Origin: a bacterium
GTDB taxonomy: Bacteria; Electryoneota; JAOADG01
DNA length: 64,000 nucleotides
Direction: 5' to 3'
NCBI GenBank assembly: GCA_963681965.1
Contig: OY820579.1
Span: forward strand, 832,001 to 896,000
Each line of letters begins with the position of its first letter. Position 1 is the first letter of the stretch. The notes below the pieces were generated by a model, which was given only the letters and a program-made list of their open reading frames with translations, ran no database searches and was not told where the DNA came from. Positions 40,374 through 49,611 of the stretch are shown in pieces. A program made the translations under genes and the position numbers.

Positions 40374-41366
40374 ATGCGAATCGCGTTGGATGCAGCGGGT
40401 GGAGTGAATGCACCAAAAGCACAAGTTGAAGGTGCAATACGTGCATTGGCTGCTGCCGGCGGTCCAAGCGAAATAATACTGGTTGGCAATCGCGATACAA
40501 TTTTGAGTTCGGTCTCGGGATCGTTAGATCCCCGAATTATAATTGAGGAAGCGAACGACGCTATTCCCGACGGTGAAGCGCCGTTAGCCGGGATGCATCG
40601 ATTGCCGCGCTCGACAATCGTGATTGCGCACGAGTTGGTGAAATCGGGGCGTGCCGATGCCGTGGTTTCGGCTGGATCGACCGGTGCCCAACTGGCAGCA
40701 GCGGTTTTGAAATGGGGTAAACTCCGGTGGTTGGTGAAACCAGCGCTAGGAGTAACGATACCGCGACCACTGAAGCGCAGTTTCTTGCTCGATGTCGGAG
40801 CGAATCCTTCGGTGGGTCCGGTTCATTTGGCGCAATTCGCCGCGATGGGTACTGTTTACGTGGAAGAGATGCTCGGGATTCCACACCCCCGGGTCGCGCT
40901 GCTCTCCAATGGCGAAGAAGCGTCGAAAGGCACCGATGCAGTCAAAGGTGCTTATCAGATCTTGCGAAAAACCCATATTCTCAATTTTGTCGGGAATATT
41001 GAGGGTGATGAAATTTTTACCGATAAAGCCGATGTTGTCGTGACGGATGGTTTTACAGGAAATGTGTTTTTGAAATTTGCCGAATCGTTACCGGGCATTC
41101 TCGGTATCGATTCTTCGCAGTTGCTCCGGTTTCTGGAACCATCGCAATACGGTGGTGTACCGATTCTCGGTGTAAAGGGTGTTTCGGTAGTCTGTCACGG
41201 TAGATCGAATGCCGATGCAATCGCAGCAGCTCTGTTGGAAGCAACGCGAATGGTGAATCTACAACTTACAACAAAAATGGAACGCTTGGCGGCAAGATTG
41301 CGGTGGCAACGGTTCTGGTTGCGACCCCGCATTCCCGACGGGCTTGCAGGTGACTCAAATGATTAG
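40374..41366 (+). CDS. plsX: Phosphate acyltransferase PlsX
   Basis: RIALDA.GG, VVSAGSTGA, LLDVGAN, NGEEASKG, GNIEG, DGFTGN, YGG..LG, HGRS. Confidence 0.92.
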   Translation: MRIALDAAGGVNAPKAQVEGAIRALAAAGGPSEIILVGNRDTILSSVSGSLDPRIIIEEANDAIPDGEAPLAGMHRLPRSTIVIAHELVKSGRADAVVSAGSTGAQLAAAVLKWGKLRWLVKPALGVTIPRPLKRSFLLDVGANPSVGPVHLAQFAAMGTVYVEEMLGIPHPRVALLSNGEEASKGTDAVKGAYQILRKTHILNFVGNIEGDEIFTDKADVVVTDGFTGNVFLKFAESLPGILGIDSSQLLRFLEPSQYGGVPILGVKGVSVVCHGRSNADAIAAALLEATRMVNLQLTTKMERLAARLRWQRFWLRPRIPDGLAGDSND

Positions 41367-42345
41367 AACTAAATTGGTTGCTACGGGACGTAGCATTCCG
41401 GAAACGATCCTTACCAACGCCGATCTGGAAAAAATGGTCGACACAACCGACGAGTGGATTATTACCCGATCGGGTATTCGCGAACGACATATTGCCCATG
41501 TCGGCGATGCAACCAGCGACTACTGCGCCGAAGCGGCAAAGAAGGCGTTGGAAAAAGCCGGGATGTCTCCCGAAGAAATCGATTACATTATTGTCGGCAC
41601 GGTAACCGGCGACATGAAATTCCCGTCGACGGCAATTTTTGTTCAAGCAAAAATCGGTGCGAAAAATGCCACCGTGATGGATGTTTCGGCTGCCTGTACC
41701 GGTTTCATTTATGGCGTTGATCTTGCCGATAGTCTTATTCGTACGGGCAAAGCAAAAAATATTTTGGTGATTGGTTCCGAAATATTGACCAGTATGGTTG
41801 ATTGGGAAGATCGATCAACCGCCGTTCTGTTTGGCGATGGCGCCGGCGCCGCTATTTTTTCCGCAATCGAAACCGATGAAAAAGTCGGTGTATTATCCAC
41901 ATATACGAAATCCGATGGTACGCTGGCGCATCTGCTCTATTGTCCCGGTGGCGGTAGCAAAGTGCCCGCTACCTATAAGAGTATCGAAGAACGACAGCAT
42001 TTTATCAAGATGTCCGGCAACGAAGTATACAAACATGCCGTCCGCATGATGGGCGATTCCGCGTTGATGGCACTGGAACGCGCTGGAGCAACGATGGACG
42101 ATATCGACATCCTGTTCCCGCATCAAGCGAATATTCGAATTATCGATGCAACTCAGAAACGATTGAAACTTCCCGTTGAAAAAGTGTACATCAATATCGA
42201 CCGGTACGGAAATACATCTGCCGCAACGATCCCTATTGCCATGGACGAAGCGATCGAACTGGGTAAATTCAAGCCGGGTGATCTCGCGATTTTAGTCGCA
42301 TTCGGTGGTGGCTTTACGTGGGGATCGGTAGCGCTGCGTTTTTAG
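41359..42345 (+). CDS. fabH: 3-oxoacyl-ACP synthase III
   Basis: DTTDEWI..RSGIRER, AACTGF, LFGDGAGA, PHQAN.RI, GNTSAA, FGGGFTWG. Confidence 0.97.
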   Translation: MIRTKLVATGRSIPETILTNADLEKMVDTTDEWIITRSGIRERHIAHVGDATSDYCAEAAKKALEKAGMSPEEIDYIIVGTVTGDMKFPSTAIFVQAKIGAKNATVMDVSAACTGFIYGVDLADSLIRTGKAKNILVIGSEILTSMVDWEDRSTAVLFGDGAGAAIFSAIETDEKVGVLSTYTKSDGTLAHLLYCPGGGSKVPATYKSIEERQHFIKMSGNEVYKHAVRMMGDSALMALERAGATMDDIDILFPHQANIRIIDATQKRLKLPVEKVYINIDRYGNTSAATIPIAMDEAIELGKFKPGDLAILVAFGGGFTWGSVALRF

Positions 42346-42394
42346 GCGATAACTGAGCGCAAACGAAAACGAAATAAAATACAAGAAGAAAGCA

Positions 42395-43315
42395 ATGAGC
42401 GAATTTATCTTTTTATTTCCCGGCCAAGCATCCCAATTCGTAGGAATGGGAAAAGACCTGTTCGAACAATACCCCCATGCGAAAACGCGGTTTGACGAAG
42501 CATCTGAAGTAGTTGGCGCCGATTTGGCAAAGCTCTGTTTCGAAGGACCGGAAGAAGAACTAAAACAGACCCGGATCACTCAACCCGCGATTTTTACTCA
42601 CTCCGTGATTTGTGCCGAAGCATTGCTGAATCGTGGTATCAAACCGGTAGCAACTGCCGGTCACTCGCTGGGTGAATATTCCGCACTGGTTGCTGCGGGT
42701 GCATTGGATTTCAGTGTGGCGATCAAATTGGTTGCCACCCGCGGGGCATTAATGCAGCGCGATTGCGAAGCGAAACCGTCGACCATGGCGGCTGTAGTCG
42801 GCTTGCAACCGGATGTGATTGCGAAAGTGTGTGCCGATGCCGCGGAAGTTGGAATTGTCGTACCTGCGAACTTTAACAGCCCGGGTCAAACGGTTATTTC
42901 CGGTGAAGTCGATGCCGTGCGCAAAGCGATGGAACTGGCGAAAGCTGCTGGCGCGCGAATTGTCAAGGAACTGCAAGTCTCGGGTGCATTCCACTCACCC
43001 TGTATGAATGCCGCTTCCGCTGGAATGGTGGAGCCGCTGAATGCTGCATCGATCCATATTCCATCCTGCGATGTCTATCCGAATGTTACCGGTAAAGCGA
43101 CCCGCGATCCGGAAGAAATCCGCCGTTGCCTCAAAGCGCAGGTAACTGCACCGGTTCTCTGGTCGGATACGATTGCCAATATGCGTGCTGTCGGCTTGGC
43201 GGCATTTTTGGAAGTCGGTCCGAAAAACGTGATTCAAGGAATTGTGCGCAGTATCGACAAGGGAATCGATATCAAATTGGCGGGAACTATTGCAGAATTG
43301 GAAGCGATTGCTTAG
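42395..43315 (+). CDS. fabD: Malonyl-CoA:ACP transacylase
   Basis: FPGQASQ, TQPAI, GHSLGEY, N..GQTVISG, VSGAFHS. Confidence 0.97.
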   Translation: MSEFIFLFPGQASQFVGMGKDLFEQYPHAKTRFDEASEVVGADLAKLCFEGPEEELKQTRITQPAIFTHSVICAEALLNRGIKPVATAGHSLGEYSALVAAGALDFSVAIKLVATRGALMQRDCEAKPSTMAAVVGLQPDVIAKVCADAAEVGIVVPANFNSPGQTVISGEVDAVRKAMELAKAAGARIVKELQVSGAFHSPCMNAASAGMVEPLNAASIHIPSCDVYPNVTGKATRDPEEIRRCLKAQVTAPVLWSDTIANMRAVGLAAFLEVGPKNVIQGIVRSIDKGIDIKLAGTIAELEAIA

Positions 43316-43365
43316 TATCACGACAATTGCTTCAAGCGGATGCAATTTTTTTGGGATGAGGATAA

Positions 43366-44115
43366 ATGATCTTAGCAGATAAAATCGCCTTAGTTACTGG
43401 GTCGGCACGGGGTATCGGCAAATCGATTGTCGAAGGTCTTTTGAATGCCGGTGCTACGGTGTACGTCAACGACCTGATGCCAGCCGATGTCGAAGCGACG
43501 GTTGCGGAACTCGACGCCAATCCCGCTTATGCCGGTCGCGTATTTGGTGTTGCGGGCGATATCGCCAAAGAAGAAGGCGCAACTGCGACGATCAACGCCC
43601 CGATCGAAAAATTCGGTCGCATCGACATTTTAGTGAACAATGCCGGTATCACCCGCGATGGTTTGGTGATGCGAATGACACTCGCCGACTTCGAAAAAGT
43701 AGTCGCAGTGAATTTGACCGGAACATTTTTGTGTTCTAAATTTGCCTCGCGCAAAATGCTATCGGCGAAGAGCGGTCGAATTATCAATATCACCAGCGTT
43801 GTCGGAGTAATGGGCAATGCCGGTCAAGCGAATTATGCCAGCAGCAAAGCCGGTGTCATCGGTCTGACGAAATCGCTGGCAAAAGAGTTTGGTTCGCGCG
43901 GAATCACAGTCAACGCCATTGCCCCGGGTTTCATCGAAACCGCAATGACGCACGTGCTTTCCGACGACGTAAAACAGAATTTTTTGAAATCAATCCCATT
44001 GCAACGTGCCGGTACGCCGGACGACGTCGCCGGTGCGGTGGTTTTTTTAGCAGGACCCTCTTCGGCTTACATCACCGGTCAGGTGTTGCATGTCGACGGC
44101 GGTATGGTGATGTGA
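43366..44115 (+). CDS. fabG: 3-oxoacyl-ACP reductase
   Basis: TGSARGIG, NNAGITRD, GNAGQANYASSK, ITGQVLHVDGG. Confidence 0.97.
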   Translation: MILADKIALVTGSARGIGKSIVEGLLNAGATVYVNDLMPADVEATVAELDANPAYAGRVFGVAGDIAKEEGATATINAPIEKFGRIDILVNNAGITRDGLVMRMTLADFEKVVAVNLTGTFLCSKFASRKMLSAKSGRIINITSVVGVMGNAGQANYASSKAGVIGLTKSLAKEFGSRGITVNAIAPGFIETAMTHVLSDDVKQNFLKSIPLQRAGTPDDVAGAVVFLAGPSSAYITGQVLHVDGGMVM

Positions 44116-44164
44116 CATCTTATTTAACAACGCACTAAGGTGTGCGTGATTATTGGAGGATTGA

Positions 44165-44398
44165 ATGTCTGATAAGGCTACGAAAGTAAAAGAAATCATC
44201 GCCGAGAAACTCGGTGTCAATATGGAACAGTTGACTGAAAACGCACGCTTCATCGAAGATTTGGCGGCGGATTCGCTGACCATAACCGAACTGATGATGG
44301 CGCTGGAAGATGAATTCAAACTTGAAATCGTCGACGAAGATGCCGAAAAATTGAAGACTGTCGGCGACGCGATCAAATATATTGAAGCCAAAGGCTGA
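44165..44398 (+). CDS. acpP: Acyl carrier protein
   Basis: F.EDLAADSL (phosphopantetheine Ser), [20 protein letters not shown]. Confidence 0.96.
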   Translation: MSDKATKVKEIIAEKLGVNMEQLTENARFIEDLAADSLTITELMMALEDEFKLEIVDEDAEKLKTVGDAIKYIEAKG

Positions 44399-44440
44399 TC
44401 GACGTGACGAGCATACGCTCGTCCGTACACAGGAGTAACC

Positions 44441-45682
44441 ATGTCGATACGACGGGTAGTGATTACCGGTCTGGGTGCGATCACTCCGATCGGCAACGGC
44501 GTTGATGCGTTTTGGGAGGGTTTGCAAGCTGGCGTTTCCGGAGCCGGTCCCATCACACGTTTCGACGCGTCAGCGTTTGATACGAAGTTCGCTTGCGAAG
44601 TGAAAAACTTCAATCCGGAAGAGTGGATTGAAGCTCGCGATTCGCGTCGTATGGATCGCTATTGTCAGTTTGCGATTGTCGCAGCCGAAATGGCAATTGC
44701 CCATGCCGGTCTATCTGATTGGAACGGTTACGACCGCGAGCGGGTTGGTGTTATCATTGGTAGCGGAATCGGCGGGCTGTCGGTTTTTGAAGAGCAGTTG
44801 AAGATTCTGAATGAACGTGGACCGAAACGATTGAGTCCGTTTTTCATTCCGATGATGATTTCGGATATTGCCGCAGGCATCGTCTCGATTCGTCACGGTC
44901 TGAAAGGAATCAATTTCGGTGTGACCAGTGCTTGTGCTACTGGCACTCATGCTGTCGGTGTTGCTTATCGCCATGTTAAATATGGCGATGTCGATGCCGT
45001 GGTTTGTGGTGGTGCCGAAGCTGCTGTGACGCCGGTGGGTGTCGGTGGATTCAACGCCATGAAAGCATTGTCCACTCGCAACGACGATCCGACCAAAGCT
45101 TCGCGTCCGTTCGATAAGGATCGCGATGGTTTTGTCATCGGTGAAGGTGGCGGTATTGTCGTGATTGAAGAATTGGAATCCGCGTTAAAGCGTGGCGCAA
45201 CCATTTACGCCGAAATCGTTGGTATCGGTTTCAGTGGCGATGCGCATCACCTGACTGCTCCGGCACCGGGTGGCGACGGCGCACGTCGAGCGATGGAAGC
45301 GGCAATCCGTGAAAGTGAATTGCCGAAAGAATCGTTTACGTACATCAATGCGCACGGTACTTCGACCGATTACAACGATAAATTCGAAACCATGGCAATT
45401 AAGTCGACATTCGGTGAGCATGCGTACAAATTGGCAGTGTCGTCGACCAAATCGATGACCGGTCACTTGTTGGGTGCTGCCGGTGGTGTCGAGTTGATCG
45501 CTACTGCTTTGGCAGTAAAGAATGGCATTTTGCCACCGACGATCAACTACATGACTCCCGATCCCGAATGCGATCTTGACTACGTACCAAATCAACCGCG
45601 AAAAGTGGCAGTGGAAGCTGCACTTTCGAATACTTTCGGTTTCGGCGGGCACAATGCCTGTATTGCGGTTAAAAAATATTAA
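44441..45682 (+). CDS. fabF: 3-oxoacyl-ACP synthase II
   Basis: RVVITGLG, SACATG, SRPFD..RDGFV, NAHGTST, KSMTGHLLGAAG, FGFGG.N. Confidence 0.97.
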   Translation: MSIRRVVITGLGAITPIGNGVDAFWEGLQAGVSGAGPITRFDASAFDTKFACEVKNFNPEEWIEARDSRRMDRYCQFAIVAAEMAIAHAGLSDWNGYDRERVGVIIGSGIGGLSVFEEQLKILNERGPKRLSPFFIPMMISDIAAGIVSIRHGLKGINFGVTSACATGTHAVGVAYRHVKYGDVDAVVCGGAEAAVTPVGVGGFNAMKALSTRNDDPTKASRPFDKDRDGFVIGEGGGIVVIEELESALKRGATIYAEIVGIGFSGDAHHLTAPAPGGDGARRAMEAAIRESELPKESFTYINAHGTSTDYNDKFETMAIKSTFGEHAYKLAVSSTKSMTGHLLGAAGGVELIATALAVKNGILPPTINYMTPDPECDLDYVPNQPRKVAVEAALSNTFGFGGHNACIAVKKY

Positions 45683-45698
45683 GATCTGGAACCATAAC

Positions 45699-45721
45699 CG
45701 GGCGGACATCTTGTCCGCCCG
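45699..45721. repeat. Isolated GC-rich palindrome between fabF and rnc
   Basis: CGGGCGGACA-tct-TGTCCGCCCG; resembles the GGACA..TGTCC REP-like family; no T tract. Confidence 0.45.
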
Positions 45722-45745
45722 CTGTGTCCTTACCGGATGTAACAA

Positions 45746-46525
45746 ATGATGTTTCTTCGAATACGCGAATGGTTCGGATTCCGAGAACGACGACCGGTAA
45801 TCAGCCACGACCATCCACTGGAATTAAGTGAGTTGGAGCGACGGCTGGGGTATCGGTTTCAAAACCGGGATTTGCTCGTACAATCGTTGAAGCACCGCAG
45901 TTATCTTGGAACAACCGGTGAAGCGCGGCATGCCGCAAACGAGCGCATGGAATTTCTCGGCGATGCGGTACTCGATTTGATCGTATCCGAGTATATTTAT
46001 CGACGCGATGAAAACGCCAACGAAGGAAAACTGACTCAGATCAAATGTTCGATCGTGTCGGGTCGGATGCTGGCGAAAATATCCGAAGAGATCGGCATCG
46101 GCGAATTTATTCTGCTGAGCGAAGGTGAAGCGAAAGCCGGCGGTCGACACCGCAATTCGATTTTGGAAGATGCGTTCGAAGCGGTGCTTGGCGCGATTTA
46201 TTTGGATGGCGGAATTGGTGCCGCCGAAACGTTTTTACATCAGATCGTGCTGAAACAATTCGACCAACTCGACATGCTGGAACCGTATTCCAACAATAAA
46301 TCCGAGTTACTCGAATGGGCACAGAATGCCGGTCTTGGTGCACCGCGTTACAACGTGTTGCAGGAAGAGGGACCGGAACACAACAAGCTGTTTCATATCG
46401 AGGTCGAAGTCGGGGGGCGCCGGTTGGCGGTCGGTCAGGGACATTCGAAGAAACAGGCGGAGCAGAATGCTGCCAAGTACGCCATCGAATGGTTGCAACA
46501 AAATCCATTCTCGGCGGCTGAGTAG
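45746..46525 (+). CDS. rnc: Ribonuclease III
   Basis: NERMEFLGDAVL, DAFEAVLGAIYLDGG, dsRBD K.ELLEW..GP.H..F..SKKQAEQNAA. Confidence 0.97.
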   Translation: MMFLRIREWFGFRERRPVISHDHPLELSELERRLGYRFQNRDLLVQSLKHRSYLGTTGEARHAANERMEFLGDAVLDLIVSEYIYRRDENANEGKLTQIKCSIVSGRMLAKISEEIGIGEFILLSEGEAKAGGRHRNSILEDAFEAVLGAIYLDGGIGAAETFLHQIVLKQFDQLDMLEPYSNNKSELLEWAQNAGLGAPRYNVLQEEGPEHNKLFHIEVEVGGRRLAVGQGHSKKQAEQNAAKYAIEWLQQNPFSAAE

Positions 46526-46554
46526 CAAGCGCAATTCAATGAATGAAATATTCT

Positions 46555-46681
46555 ATTGTCATAAGTAAGTTGTCATCGGAAGCAGGGGCTGACCCCCGCG
46601 TTCGCCCGCAGGAATCTTTTGTAGGTACAGACACTCTTGTCTGTACATGTTCGGCAAAGCCGAACACTGAATCATGACAAT
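46555..46681. repeat. REP-like palindrome cluster 1
   Basis: GCAGGGGC..GCCC (46582-46607), GTAG-GTACAGACA-CTCT-TGTCTGTAC (46621-46646), TGTTCGGC-aaa-GCCGAACA (46648-46666), bounded by ATTGTCAT...ATGACAAT. Confidence 0.7.
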
Positions 46682-46789
46682 TTATTTTCAAGAGACACGA
46701 TCGTATCGAAATTAAAAGTTATTGCCGAAACGCAATTATTTTTCGCGATAGTATCATAAGAATATCGCAAACCTGAAGGGGTGGATAGC

Positions 46790-47959
46790 ATGGATTATTT
46801 CCTGAACGACGATCAACAAGCATTGCGCGATTTGGCGCGGCAGATTGCAATCGAAAAAGTCAAGCCTCGCGTTGCCGAGTTGGATCGCGAAGGTGAATTT
46901 CCATGGGATTTGGTAAAAGTATTTGCCGATGCCGGTCTGTATGGTACGTATATCCCCGAAGAATTCGGTGGAGTCGGCATGGGTGTATTCGAGTTGGCGC
47001 TGGTTACCGAAGAGATTTCGCGGATCGATGCCGGTACTGCGTTGGCATTGGCGGCAAGCGCACTCGGCACTTTCCCGATTTTGTATTCCGGTACCGATGA
47101 ACAGAAACAACGTTTCTTGCCCTCGTTGGCATCGGGCGAAAAATTGGCAGCGTTCGGGTTGACCGAACCGAATGCCGGTTCCGACGCAGGCAGTATCAAA
47201 ACCACTGCGATGAAGAAGGGAAACAAGTACGTTCTGAACGGCACCAAAGTATTTATCACCAATGGCGGTGTCGCGAAAGTCTATACCGTGGTTGCTTCGA
47301 CCGATCCGAGCAAGGGTTCGCGCGGCGCAACGGCGTTTATCGTCGAAGAAGGTACACCCGGCTTTACTTATGGTAAAGAAGAAGACAAGATGGGTATCCG
47401 TGCCTCGGCGACGCGGCAACTGCATTTCGACGATTGCGAAATTCCGGAAGAGAATCGCATCGGACCAGAAGGCGCAGGCTTTTTGGTGGCGATGAAGACA
47501 CTCGACCGCAGCCGTCCCGGCGTTGCCTCGCAGGCACTCGGTATTGCACAGGGTGCACTCGATCTCGCGTTGGAATATTCCCGCGAACGCGTGCAGTTCG
47601 GTCAGTCGATCAACAATTTCCAGGCGATTCAGTTTATGCTGGCGGATCTCGCGATCAAGGTTGAATCGGCACGCGCGGTGTTGTATCAAGTAGCACGCAT
47701 GGTCGATGCCGGTGTGAAGGATGTCGCGAAAGATAGCGCAATCTGCAAAGTGTTGGCGTCCGATGTCGCGATGGCAACGGCGATCGACGCTGTCCAGATT
47801 TTCGGCGGCTACGGATATATGCGTGACTATCCGATCGAGAAGTTCATTCGCGATGCGAAGATCACGCAGATCTACGAAGGGACGAATCAAATTCTCCGTG
47901 GCGTAATTGCGAAGAATCTGATCAAGGAATCGGCGAACAACATCAAGTTGATGGGATAA
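46790..47959 (+). CDS. Acyl-CoA dehydrogenase
   Basis: FGLTEPNAGSDA, NGTKVFITNG, KMGIRAS, QIFGGYGY, IYEGTNQI. ATG 46790 preferred; GTG 46781 is an alternative. Confidence 0.96.
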   Translation: MDYFLNDDQQALRDLARQIAIEKVKPRVAELDREGEFPWDLVKVFADAGLYGTYIPEEFGGVGMGVFELALVTEEISRIDAGTALALAASALGTFPILYSGTDEQKQRFLPSLASGEKLAAFGLTEPNAGSDAGSIKTTAMKKGNKYVLNGTKVFITNGGVAKVYTVVASTDPSKGSRGATAFIVEEGTPGFTYGKEEDKMGIRASATRQLHFDDCEIPEENRIGPEGAGFLVAMKTLDRSRPGVASQALGIAQGALDLALEYSRERVQFGQSINNFQAIQFMLADLAIKVESARAVLYQVARMVDAGVKDVAKDSAICKVLASDVAMATAIDAVQIFGGYGYMRDYPIEKFIRDAKITQIYEGTNQILRGVIAKNLIKESANNIKLMG

Positions 47960-47984
47960 GTCGCTCCAACATTTTTTTCTTCCG

Positions 47985-48016
47985 AATAGCCCTGCAACCG
48001 TGGGGCTGTTTTTTTT
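47985..48016 (+). terminator. Intrinsic terminator
   Basis: AATAGCCCTGC-aacc-GTGGGGCTGTT (G-U pairs) followed by a T tract. Confidence 0.75.
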
Positions 48017-48063
48017 ATACAGTCCGAGTAATCGCTATTCTCTGAGATTCTTTGTTTTCAAAA

Positions 48064-48409
48064 GTAGGGGAGGGCTCCCACGCCCTCCTGTTCTTGTATC
48101 TTTTTGAGTAGGGGGGTATCCCCGCATGCCCCCGTTCTTGTGTCTTGTATCTTGAATCCTGAATCCTGTAGTACTTGCCCAACCCCTACCACCCAATCCC
48201 CAACACCCATCCTGTAGTACTGCCCAACTCCGATTGGGCGTCTTTTCTATTTTTTTTATCGGTTAAAGAAAAAAAATCTACCAGAGCCGATTCGGAGATC
48301 GGCAGTACTGCAAAATAAATGGGCGATTACAATTGCCTCTGGCACAGCTTGCGGTTCGTTCGCGAACGAACCCTACTGACAGGAATGGCGGACTAAAGTC
48401 CGCCGCTAC
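48064..48409. repeat. REP-like palindrome array 2 with heptamer tandem repeats
   Basis: GTAG-footed units at 48064, 48108 and 48214; CTAC/CTGC-ended units at 48286-48311, 48353-48376 and 48387-48409; five TC(T/C)TG.. heptamers at 48136-48170. Confidence 0.85.
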
Positions 48410-48522
48410 CCATTTATTCACACCCCCACCCTGACGAGTTTTTATCTAGCGAGACATTACTTGCCTGGTAATGCAAGGAAGTATTAAATTTTGAAAGAAA
48501 ATATTTATTTATTGGATAGAAA

Positions 48523-49512
48523 ATGAAAATTCGTCTACTTCGATTACTTTCAATCGGTCTACTAATATCTACAGCTTTTACACTGCTCCTATCGTATGCT
48601 TCGTTTGCAACGATGCCTTCTTCTTCTTGGGGACTTGAAATAATGGTTCTTGGCGGAAGAATGGGTGCTCCTTTTACAATTTATTGTAATTCTCACGCGC
48701 ATTGGAGTGAAGGGGAATCATCATTCGATCTGACATTACCGAAGGAGATTCGTGTCTTAAAGGGTAATCCCCACGTAAGAAGCAATAATGATAGTTTGCA
48801 TCATGGCTTCAGTCAAGAAATTGTCGTTCAAGTCGATCAACCCGGCATCTATGATATTTCTGCCGAATACAAAGTGGCAAACGTTACCAGACCAGAATTG
48901 AAAGGGTCTATGCCGATGCGGTACAAGGGGTATCTCTACGTCAGAAGCGATACGGTTGCGCTGTTTTACAATCGTGCCGAGCTGGAAAGTAAAATACGCG
49001 ATTCATTAATTTGTCCATCTAGCGAAGGAGCAGCAAGACTATGGCGGAGAGATAATGCAAAATGGCGAGCAGAGCATCGAGATACAATCAAAACAGCAAC
49101 AGGAATGAAAATTACTGCCAATTACTTTATTGATCAGATAAAACCTATGGGATCAAAAGCTTATGAATTAATGAAAAATGCCCGTGGTTTTATGAATTCA
49201 AAATTTGGAAAACAGTATCGTTCTTGTAGTGATATTATTGAAAATAATCAATTATATATAATGCAACCAGATTCAGATAGAATTACTCAAATTCTTTTAA
49301 ATGATAGTTGCTTCAATTTATCCGAATTCTCAATTAATAAGAAACAAGAATTAGTTCGTTTGAGTATTCAGCAATTAACTGAACTCTCAAACTATGATTA
49401 TCTGATTATCACTACCGACTCACTTGCACTTCAGAAAAGTATGCTGGAGAAACGTCGAGAATTTATTGAACAACACAAAAAGGAGTTGCAAATATTCCTT
49501 GACAAAAAGTAA
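48523..49512 (+). CDS. Secreted hypothetical protein (AT-rich)
   Basis: 329-aa ORF with an N-terminal signal/TM segment; visibly lower GC than core genes; no recognisable family motif. Confidence 0.65.
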   Translation: MKIRLLRLLSIGLLISTAFTLLLSYASFATMPSSSWGLEIMVLGGRMGAPFTIYCNSHAHWSEGESSFDLTLPKEIRVLKGNPHVRSNNDSLHHGFSQEIVVQVDQPGIYDISAEYKVANVTRPELKGSMPMRYKGYLYVRSDTVALFYNRAELESKIRDSLICPSSEGAARLWRRDNAKWRAEHRDTIKTATGMKITANYFIDQIKPMGSKAYELMKNARGFMNSKFGKQYRSCSDIIENNQLYIMQPDSDRITQILLNDSCFNLSEFSINKKQELVRLSIQQLTELSNYDYLIITTDSLALQKSMLEKRREFIEQHKKELQIFLDKK

Positions 49513-49554
49513 AGTAGTGTTAGCCACTATTGCGATGTAGCGATCCATTTCTAA

Positions 49555-49586
49555 AGAAAAAACTACCCGTGATAACTCACGGGTAG
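49555..49586 (-). terminator. Intrinsic terminator of the YHS gene
   Basis: Minus strand CTACCCGTGA-gtta-TCACGGGTAG followed by TTTTTT. Confidence 0.7.
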
Positions 49587-49611
49587 GATCTATTCACAAC
49601 TGCGATCTTAC

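Noticed and set aside
45699-45721. RNase III autoregulatory site upstream of rnc
   Set aside because: A 10-bp stem is short for an RNase III substrate and it resembles the REP-like family; cannot be supported from sequence.
46754-47890. 378-aa antisense ORF
   Set aside because: Shadow of the acyl-CoA dehydrogenase on the opposite strand; no motifs of its own.
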